Below are positions 54,350 to 64,000 of a stretch of DNA of 64,000 bases, in pieces; position 1 is the stretch's first letter, and the number at the start of each line of letters is the position of its first letter. Below the pieces are notes generated by a model. It saw only the letters and a program-made list of their open reading frames with translations. It was not told where the DNA came from and searched no databases. Where the stretch lies: NCBI GenBank assembly GCA_964016885.1, contig OZ024742.1, positions 370,450,001-370,514,000 of the forward strand, given 5' to 3'. A program made the position numbers and the translations under genes. Source of the DNA: Eledone cirrhosa. Its lineage: Eukaryota.

Positions 54350-57300
54350 TTGCTTCTACTGGTTACCTTGTCTTATGCTGTCACATTGCTTCTACTGGTG
54401 ACCTGGTTTTATACTGTCACATTGCTTCTACTAGTGACTGGTCTTATACTGTGACATTGCTTCTACTGTTGACCTGATCTTATACTGTCACATTGCTTCT
54501 TCTGGTGACCTTGTCTTATACAGTCACATTGCTTCTACTGGTGACCTTGTCTTATGCTGTCACACTGCTTCTACTGGTGACCTTGTCTTATACTGTCACA
54601 TTGCTTCTACTGGTGACCTGGTCTTATACTGTCACATTGCTTCTACAGGTGACCTTGTCTTATACTCTCTCATTGCTTCTACTGGTGACCTGGTCTTATA
54701 CTCACACATTGCTTCTACTGGTGACCTGGTCTTTTGATGTCACATTGCTTATACTGGTGACCTGGTCTTATGCAGTCACAATGCTTCTACTGGTGACCTG
54801 GTCTTATACTGTCACATTGCTTCTACTAGTGACATTGTCTTATACTGTCACATTGCTTCTACTAGTGACTGGTCTTATACTGTCACATTGCTTCTACTGG
54901 TGACCTGGTCTTATACTGTCACATTGCTTCTACTGGTGACCTGGTCTTATACTGTCACATTACTTCTACTAGTGACCTGGTCTTATACTGTCACATTGCT
55001 TCTACTGGTGACCTGGTCTTATACTGTCACATTGCTTCTACTGGTGACCTGGTCTTATACTGTCACATTGCTTCTATTGGTGACCTTGTCTTATACTGTC
55101 ACATTGCTTCTACTGGTCACCTGGTCTTATCCTGTCACATTGCTTCTACTGGTGACCTGGTCTTATACTGTCACATTGCTTCTACTGGTGACCTGGTCTT
55201 ATACTGGCACATTGTTTCTACTGGTGACCTGGTCTTATACTGTCACATTGCTTCTACTGGTGACCTGGTCTTATACTGTCACATTGCTTCTACTGGTGAC
55301 CTTGTCTTATACTGTCACATTGCTTCTACTGGTGACCTGGTCTTATACTGTCACATTGCTTCTACTAGTGACTGGTCTTATACTGTGTCATTGATTCTAC
55401 TGTTGACCTGATCTTATACTGTCACATTGCTTCTACTGGTGACCTTGTCTTATACAGTCACATTGCTTCTACTGGTGACCTTGTCTTGTGCTGTCACATT
55501 GCTTCTACTGGTGACCTGGTCTTATGCTGTCACATTGCTTCTACTGGTGACCTGGTCTTATACTGTCACATTGCTTCTAATGGTGACCTGGTCTTATACT
55601 GTCACATTGCTTCTACTTGTGACCTGGTCTTATGCTGTCACATTGCTTCTAATGGTGACCTGGTCTTATACTGTCACATTGCTTCTACTAGTGACTGGTC
55701 TTATACTGTGACATTGATTCTACTGTTGACCTGATCTTATACTGTCACATTGCTTCTACTGGTGACCTTGTCTTATACAGTCACATTGCTTCTACTGGTG
55801 ACCTTGTCTTGTGCTGTCACATTGCTTCTACTGGTGACCTGGTCTTATGCTATCACATTGCTTCTACTGGTGACCTTGTCTTATAGAGTCACATTGCTTC
55901 CACTGGTGAACTGGTCTTATACTGTCACATTGCTTCTACTAGTGACCTGGCCTTATGCTGTCACATTGCTTCTACCGGTGACCTGGTCTTATACTGTCAC
56001 ATTGCTTCTCCTGGCGACCTGGCCTTATACTGTCACATTGCTTCTACTAGTGACTTGTCTTATAATGTCACATTGCTTCTACTGGTGACCTGGTCTTATG
56101 CTGTCACATTGCTTCTACTGGTGACCTGGTCTTATACTGTCACATTGCTTCTACTAGTGAACTGGTCTTATACTGTCACATTGCTTCTACTATTGACCTG
56201 GTCTTATACTGTCACATTGCTTCTACTGGTGACCTGGTCTTATACTGTCACGTTGCTTCTACTGGTGACCTGGTCTTATAGAGTCACATTGCTTCTACTG
56301 GTCACCTGGTCTTCTTCTGTCACATTGCTTCTACTGGTGACCTTGTCTTATACTGTCACATTGCTTCTGCTGGTGACCTGGTCTTATACTGTCACATTGC
56401 TTCTACTGGTGACCTTGTCTTATGCTGTCACATTGCTTCTACTGGTGACCTGGTCTTATACTGTCACATTGCTTCTACTGGTGACCTTGTCTTATGCTGT
56501 CACATTGCTTCTGCTGGTGACCTGGTCTTATACTGTCACATTGCTTCTACTGGTGACCTTGTCTTATGCTGTCACATTGCTTCTACTGTTGACCTGGTCT
56601 TATACTGTCACATTGCTTCTACTGGTGACTTGTTCTTATGCTGTCACATTGCTTCTACTGGTGACCTGGTCATATATTGTCACATTGCATCTACTGGTGA
56701 CCTGGTCTTATACTGTCACATTGCTTCTACTGGTGACCTTGTCTTATGCTGTCACATTGCTTCTACTGTTGACCTGGTCTTATAGTGTCACATTGCTTCT
56801 ACTGGTGACCTGGTCTTATGCTGTCACATTGCTTCTACTGGTGAGCTGGTCTTATACTGTCACATTGCTTCTACTGGTGACCTGGTCTTATAGTGTCACA
56901 TTGCTTCTACTGGTGACCTGGTCTTATGCTGTCACATTGCTTCTACTGGTGACCTGGTCTTATAATGTCAGATTGCTTCTACTGGTGACCTGGTCTTATA
57001 CTGTCACATTGCTTCTACTGGTGACCTGGTCTTATACTGTCACATTGCTTCTACTGGTGACCTGGTCTTATACTGTCCCTTTGCTTCTACTGGTGACATG
57101 GTCTTATGCTGTCACATTGCTTCTACTGGTGACATGGTCTTATGCTGTCACATTGCTTCTACTGGTGACCTGGTCTTATGCTGTCACATTGCTTCTGCTG
57201 GTGACCTGGTCTTATAATGTCACATTGCTTCTACTGGTGACCTGGTCTTTTACTGTCATGTTGCTTCTACTGGTGACCTGGTCTTATACTGTCACATCGC

Positions 57301-60300
57301 TTCTACTGGTGACCTGGTCTTATAATGTCACATTGCTTCTACTGGTCAGCTGGTCTTATCATGTAACAATGCTTCTATTGGTGACCTGGTCTTATACTGT
57401 CACATTGCTTCTACTGGTCACCTGGTCTTATACTGTCACATTGCTTCTACTGGTCAGCTGGTCTTATCATGTAACAATGCTTCTATTGGTGACCTGGTCT
57501 TATACTGTCACGTTGCTTCTACTGGTCACCTGGTCTTATCCTGTCACATTACTTCTACTGGAGACCTGGTCTTATACTGTCACATTGCTTCTACTGGTGA
57601 CATGGTCTTATACTGTCACATTGCTTCTACTGGTCAGCTGGTCTTATCATGTAACAATGCTTCTATTGGTGACCTGGTCGTATACTGTCACATTGCTTCT
57701 ACTGGTCACCTGGTCTTATCCTGTCACATTGCTTCTACTGGAGACCTGGTCTTATACTGTCACATTGCTTGTACTGGTGACCTGGTCTTATACTGTCACA
57801 TTGCTTCTACTGGTGAGCTGGTCTTATACTGTCACATTGTTTCTACTGGTGACCTGGTCTTATACTGTCACATTGCTTCTACTGGTGACCTGGTCTTATG
57901 CTGTCACATTGCTTATACTGGTGACCTGGTCTTATGCTGTCACATTGCTTATACTGGTGACCTGGTCTTATGCTGTCACATTGCTTCTACTGGTGACATG
58001 GTCTTATGCTATCACATTGCTTCTACTAGTGACCTGGTCTTATACTGTCACATTGCTTCTACAGGTGACATGGCCTTATGCTGTCACATTGCTTCTCCTG
58101 GTGACCTGGTCTTATACTGTCACATTGCTTCTACTGGTGACATGGTCTTATGCTGTCACATTGCGTCTACTGGTGATATGGTCTTATGCTGTCATATTGC
58201 GTCTACTGGTGACCTGGTCTTATACTGTCACATTGCTTCTACTAGTGACCTGGTTTTATACTGTCACATTGCGTCTACTGGTGATATGGTCTTATGCTGT
58301 CACATTGCTGCTACTGGTGACCTGGTCTTATACTGTCACATTGCTTCTACTGGTCACCTGGTCTTATGCTGTCACATTGCTTCTACTGCTGACCTGGTCT
58401 TATACTGTCACAATGCTTCTACTGGTGACCTGGTCTTATACTGTCACATTGCTTCTACTGGTGACCTGGTCTTATCATGTCACAATGCTTCTACTGGTGA
58501 CCTGGTCTTATACTGTTACATAGCTTCTACTGGTGACCTGGTCTTATACTGTCACAATGCTTCTACTGGTGACCTGGTCTTATACTGTCACAATGCTTCT
58601 ACTGGTGACCTGGTCTTATACTGTCACATAGCTTCTACTGTTGACCTGGTCTTATCATGTCACAATGCTTCTACTGGTGACCTGGTCTTATGCTGTCACA
58701 TTGCTTATACTGGTGACCTGGTCTTATACTGTCACATTGCTTATACTGGTGACATGGTCTTATGCTGTCACATTGCTTATACTGGTGACCTGGTCTTATA
58801 CTGTCACATTGCTTCTACTGGTGACATGGTCTTATGCTGTCACATTGCCTCTACTGGGGATGTGGTCTTATGCTGTCACATTGCTTCTACTAGTGACCGG
58901 GTCTTATACTGTCACATTGCGTCTACTGGTGACCTGGTCTTATACTGTCACATTGCTTCTACTGGGGACATGGTCTTATGCTGTCACATTGCTTCTACTA
59001 GTGACCTGGTCTTATGCTGTCACATTGCTTCTACTAGTGACCTGGTCTTATGCTGTCACATTGCTTCTACTGGTGACCTGGTCTTATGCTGTCACATTGC
59101 TTCTACTGGTGACCTGGTCTTATACTGTCACATTGCTTCTACTGGTGACCTGGTCTTATCATGTCACAATGCTTCTACTGGTGACCTGGTCTTATCTTGT
59201 CACATAGCTTCTACTGGTGACCTGGTCTTATCATGTCACAATGCTTCTACTGGTTACCTGGTCTTATACTGTCACATTGCTTCTACTGGTGACCTGGTCT
59301 TATACTGTCACATTGCTTCTACTAGTGACTGGTCTTATGCTGTCACATTGCTTATACTGGTGACATGGTCTTATGCTGTCACATTGCTTATACTGGTGAC
59401 ATGGTCTTATGCTGTCACATTGCTTCTACTGGGGACATGGTCTTATGCTGTCACATTGCTTCTACTAGTGACCTGGTCTTATACTGTCACATTGCGTCTA
59501 CTGGTGACCTGGTCTTATACTGTCACATTGCTTCTACTGGGGACATGGTCTTATGCTGTCACATTGCTTCTACTAGTGACCTGGTCTTATGCTGTCACAT
59601 TGCTTCTACTGGTGACCTGGTCTTATACTGTCACATTGCTTCTACTAGTGACCTGGTCTTATACTGTCACATTGCTTCTAATAGTGACCTGGTCTTATAC
59701 TGTCACATTGCTTCTACTGGTGACCTGGTCTTATACTGTTACATTGCTTCTACTAGTGACCTGGTCTTATACTATCACATTGCTTCTACTAGTGAACTGG
59801 GCTTATACTGTCACATTGCTTCTACTGGTGACCTGGTCTTATACTGTCACATTGCTTCTACTGGTAACCTGGTCTTATACTGTCACATTGCTTCTACTGG
59901 TGACCTTGTCTTATACCGTCACATTGCTTCTACTGGTGACCTGGTCTTATACTGTCACATTGCTTCTACTGGTCAGGTGGTCTTATCATGTCACAATGCT
60001 TCTATTGGAGACCTGGTCTTATACTGTCACATTGCTTCTACTGGTGACTTGGTCTTATACTGTCACATTGCTTCTACTGGTCACCTGGTCTTATCCTGTC
60101 ACATTGCTTCTACTGGTGACCTGGTCTTATACTGTCACATTGCTTCTACTGGTGACTTGGTCTTATACTGTCACATTGCTTCTACTGGTCACCTGGTCTT
60201 ATCCTGTCACATTGCTTCTACTGGTGACCTGGTCTTATACTGTCACATTCCTTCTACTCGTGACCTGGTCTTATACTGTCACATTGCTTCTACTGGTGAC

Positions 60301-63260
60301 CTGGTCTTATATTGTCACATTGCTTCTACTGTTGACCTGGTCTTATACTGTCACATTGCTTCTATTGGTGACCTGGTCTTATACTGTCACATTGCTTCTA
60401 CTGGTGACCTGGTCTTATGCTGTCACATTGCTTCTACTGGTGACCTTATCTTATGCTGTCACATTGCTTCTACTGGTGACCTGGTCATATACTGTCACAT
60501 TGCTTCTACTGGTGACCCGGTCTTATACTGTCCCATTGCTTCTACTAGTGACTGGTCTTATACTGTCACATTGCTTCTACTGGTGACCTGGTCTTATGCT
60601 GTCACATTGCTTCTACTAGTGACCTGGTCTTATACTGTCACATTGCTTCTACTGGTGACCTGGTCTTATGCTGTCACATTGCTTCTACTGGTGACCTGGT
60701 CTTATGCTGTCACATTGCTTCTACTGGTGACCTGGTCTTATGCTGTCACATTGCTTCTACTGGTGACATGGTCTTATGCTGTCACATTGCTTCTACTGGT
60801 GACCTGGTCTTATGCTGTCACATTGCTTCTATTGGTGACCTGGTCTTATACTGTCATATTGCTTCTACTGGTCACCTGTTCTTATCCTGTCACATTGCTT
60901 CTACTGTTGACCTGATCTTATACTGTCACATTGCTTCTACTGGTGACCTGGTCTTATACTGTCACATTGCTTCTACTGGTGACCTGGTCTTATACTGTCA
61001 CATTGCTTCTATTGGTGACCTTGTCTTATACTGTCACATTGCTTCTACTGGTCACCTGGTCTTATCCTGTCACATTGCTTCTACTGGTGACCTGGTCTTA
61101 TACTGTCACATTGCTTCTACCGGTGACCTGGTCTTATACTGTCACATTGCTTCTACGGGTCAACTGGTCTTATCATGTCACATTGCATCTACTGGTGACC
61201 TGGTCTTATATTGTCACATTGCTTCTACTGGTGACCTGGTCTTATACAGTCACATTGATTCTACTGGTGACCTGGTCTTATACTGTCACATTGCTTCTAT
61301 TGGTGACCTTGTCTTATACTGTCACATTGCTTCTACTGGTCACCTGGTCTTATCCTGTCACATTGCTTCTACTGGTGACCTGGTCTTATACTGTCACATT
61401 GCTTCTACTGGTGACCTGGTCTTATACTGTCACATTGCTTCTACTGGTGTGCTGGTCTTATACTGGCACATTGTTTCTACTGGTGACCTGGTCTTATACT
61501 GTCACATTGCTTCTACTGGTGACCTGGTCTTATACTGTCACATTGCTTCTACTGGTGACATGGTCTTATACTGTCACATTGCTTCTACTGATGACCTGGT
61601 CTTATACTGTCACATTGCTTCTACTAGTGACTGGTCTTATACTGTCACATTGCTTCTACTGTTGACCTGATCTTATACTGTCACATTGCTTCTACTGGTT
61701 ACCTTGTCTTATGCTGTCACATTGCTTCTACTGGTGACCTGGTTTTATACTGTCACATTGCTTCTACTAGTGACTGGTCTTATACTGTGACATTGCTTCT
61801 ACTGTTGACCTGATCTTATACTGTCACATTGCTTCTTCTGGTGACCTTGTCTTATACAGTCACATTGCTTCTACTGGTGACCTTGTCTTATGCTGTCACA
61901 CTGCTTCTACTGGTGACCTTGTCTTATACTGTCACATTGCTTCTACTGGTGACCTGGTCTTATACTGTCACATTGCTTCTACAGGTGACCTTGTCTTATA
62001 CTCTCTCATTGCTTCTACTGGTAACCTGGTCTTATACTCACACATTGCTTCTACTGGTGACCTGGTCTTTTGATGTCATATTGCTTATACTGGTGACCTG
62101 GTCTTATGCAGTCACAATGCTTCTACTGGTGACCTGGTCTTATACTGTCACATTGCTTCTACTAGTGACCTTGTCTTATACTGTCACATTGCTTCTACTA
62201 GTGACTGGTCTTATACTGTCACATTGCTTCTACTGGTGACCTGGTCTTATACTGTCACATTGCTTCTACTGGTGACCTGGTCTTATACTGTCACATTACT
62301 TCTACTAGTGACCTGGTCTTATACTGTCACATTGCTTCTACTGGTGACCTGGTCTTATACTGTCACATTGCTTCTACTGGTGACCTGGTCTTATACTGTC
62401 ACATTGCTTCTATTGGTGACCTTGTCTTATACTGTCACATTGCTTCTACTGGTCACCTGGTCTTATCCTGTCACATTGCTTCTACTGGTGACCTGGTCTT
62501 ATACTGTCACATTGTTTCTACTGGTGAGCTGGTCTTATACTGGCACATTGTTTCTACTGGTGACCTGGTCTTATACTGTCACATTGCTTCTACTGGTGAC
62601 CTGGTCTTATACTGTCACATTGCTTCTACTGGTGACCTTGTCTTATACTGTCACATTGCTTCTACTGGTGACCTGGTCTTATACTGTCACATTGCTTCTA
62701 CTAGTGACTGGTCTTATACTGTCACATTGCTTCTACTGTTGACCTGATCTTATACTGTCACATTGCTTCTACTGGTGACCTTGTCTTATACAGTCACATT
62801 GCTTCTACTGGTGACCTTGTCTTGTGCTGTCACATTGCTTCTACTGGTGACCTGCTCTTATGCTGTCACATTGCTTCTACTGGTGACCTGGTCTTATACT
62901 GTCACATTGCTTCTAATGGTGACCTGGTCTTATACTGTCACATTGCTTCTACTTGTGACCTGGTCTTATGCTGTCACATTGCTTCTACTGGTGACCTGGT
63001 CTTATACTGTCACATTGCTTCTACTAGTGACTGGTCTTATACTGTGACATTGATTCTACTGTTGACCTGATCTTATACTGTCACATTGCTTCTACTGGTG
63101 ACCTTGTCTTATACAGTCACATTGCTTCTACTGGTGACCTTGTCTTGTGCTGTCACATTGCTTCTACTGGTGACCTGGTCTTATGCTATCACATTGCTTC
63201 TACTGGTGACCTTGTCTTATAGAGTCACATTGCTTCCACTGGTGAACTGGTCTTATACTG
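54350..63260. repeat. Dispersed block duplication: ~54350-55930 copied at ~61690-63260 (offset 7336 bp)
   Basis: ORF offset of 7336 (54493/61829, 54888/62224, 55427/62763, 55750/63086). Shared private variants CACACTGC, TGCAGTCACAATG and TTGATTCTACTGTT. Confidence 0.88.
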
Positions 63261-64000
63261 TCACATTGCTTCTACTAGTGACTTGTCTTATAATGTCACA
63301 TTGCTTCTACTGGTCATCTGGTCTTATACTGTCACATTGCTTCTACTGGTGACATGGTCTTATACTGTCACATTGCTTCTACTGGTGACCTGGTCTTATG
63401 CTGTCACATTGCTTCTACTGGTGACCTGGTCTTATACTGTCACATTGCTTCTACTGGTGACCTGGTCTTATACTGTCACATTGCTTCTACTATTGACCTG
63501 GTCTTATACTGTCACATTGCTTCTACTAGTGAACTGGTCTTATACTGTCACATTGCTTCTACTATTGACCTGGTCTTATACTGTCACATTGCTTCTACTG
63601 GTGACCTGGTCTTATACTGTCACATTGCTTCTACTGGTGACCTTGTCTTATGCTGTCACATTGCTTCTACTGGTGACCTGGTCTTATAGTGTCACATTGC
63701 TTCTACTGGTCACCTGGTCTTCTTCTGTCACATTGCTTCTACTGGTGACCTTGTCTTATACTGTCACATTGCTTCTGCTGGTGACCTGGTCTTATACTGT
63801 CACATTGCTTCTACTATTGACCTGGTCTTATACTGTCACATTGCTTCTACTGGTGACCTGGTCTTCTTCTGTCACATTGCTTCTACTGGTGACCTTGTCT
63901 TATACTGTCACATTGCTTCTGCTGGTGACCTGGTCTTATACTGTCTCATTGCTTCTACTGGTGACCTGGTCTTATACTGTCACATTGCTTCTACTGGTGA

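Larger units (their letters stand above)
1..64000. repeat. 36-bp satellite tandem array (~1,780 monomers), consensus CTACTGGTGACCTGGTCTTATACTGTCACATTGCTT; extends past both window edges
   Basis: The 36-bp unit is directly readable from base 1 to the last base. Most units differ from consensus by 0-3 substitutions. No inversions or foreign insertions were seen. The 12-aa periodicity of every ORF matches the unit length. Confidence 0.99.
42781..64000. repeat. Right domain: same monomer, different variant set, patchwork of shorter duplicated blocks
   Basis: The variants GGTCCCCTAGCC, GCGTCTAC (only once earlier, ~39757), GCTTATACTGG, GGTCAGCTGGTCTTATCATG, CACAATGC, GGTCACCTGG, CTTGTGCTG and 37-bp units appear from ~42.8 kb onward. 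Confidence 0.85.

Noticed and set aside
57602-60586. GDLVLY resembles the GNLVLY strand of bulb-type lectins; Cys/His spacing suggests a zinc finger
   Set aside because: It lacks the QxDxNxVxY motif and C2H2 spacing. The 994-aa ORF changes repeat frame midway.
7-63689. Plus-strand ORFs of (LLVTWSYTVTLL)n, resembling membrane proteins, and (TGDLVLYCHIAS)n, Cys/His-containing
   Set aside because: The unit length is a multiple of 3 and two frames lack stops by chance. ORFs swap frames at 35-bp units, are cut by stop variants, often start at non-ATG codons and have no unique N- or C-terminal domains.
1-64000. CRISPR array (36-bp repeat with partial dyad symmetry)
   Set aside because: Repeats abut directly with no unique spacers, leader or cas genes. 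Variation consists of point substitutions that are themselves duplicated.
1-64000. Minus-strand coding under a reassigned stop codon (KQCDSIRPGHQ* repeat)
   Set aside because: It requires readthrough in every unit, is still broken by frequent 1-bp indels, and nothing indicates an alternative genetic code.
1-64000. Telomerase-synthesised telomeric repeat or rolling-circle/sequencing concatemer
   Set aside because: There are no G-runs, and variants are inherited in multi-kb blocks. That indicates recombinational amplification of genomic DNA rather than repeated copying from one short template or random read error.

Overview
The whole 64-kb window is one uninterrupted, head-to-tail, single-orientation tandem array of about 1,780 copies of a 36-bp monomer, consensus CTACTGGTGACCTGGTCTTATACTGTCACATTGCTT (44% GC, no CpG, 14 T vs 6 A). 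It looks like satellite DNA, probably eukaryotic (inference; the host cannot be identified from this window). I found no unique sequence, genes, RNA genes, transposons or CRISPR spacers. All listed ORFs are explained by a 36-bp unit (a multiple of 3) that has two stop-free plus-strand frames, while all three minus-strand frames stop in every consensus unit. The interesting content is architectural. (i) The monomer appears to be a diverged dimer of an ~18-bp unit, and many common variants convert one half toward the other. (ii) The left domain (1 to ~42.8 kb) is built from six variant cassettes amplified by nested multi-kb duplications (offsets 394, 1435, 1976, 2914, 5032, 5718, 12978 bp). (iii) The right domain has a different variant set and a shorter-range patchwork structure. 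(iv) Rare 35- and 37-bp monomers act as lineage markers. I cannot support a novel gene-based system here. Offsets come from the ORF track and marker variants read by eye; breakpoints are approximate to within one or two monomers.
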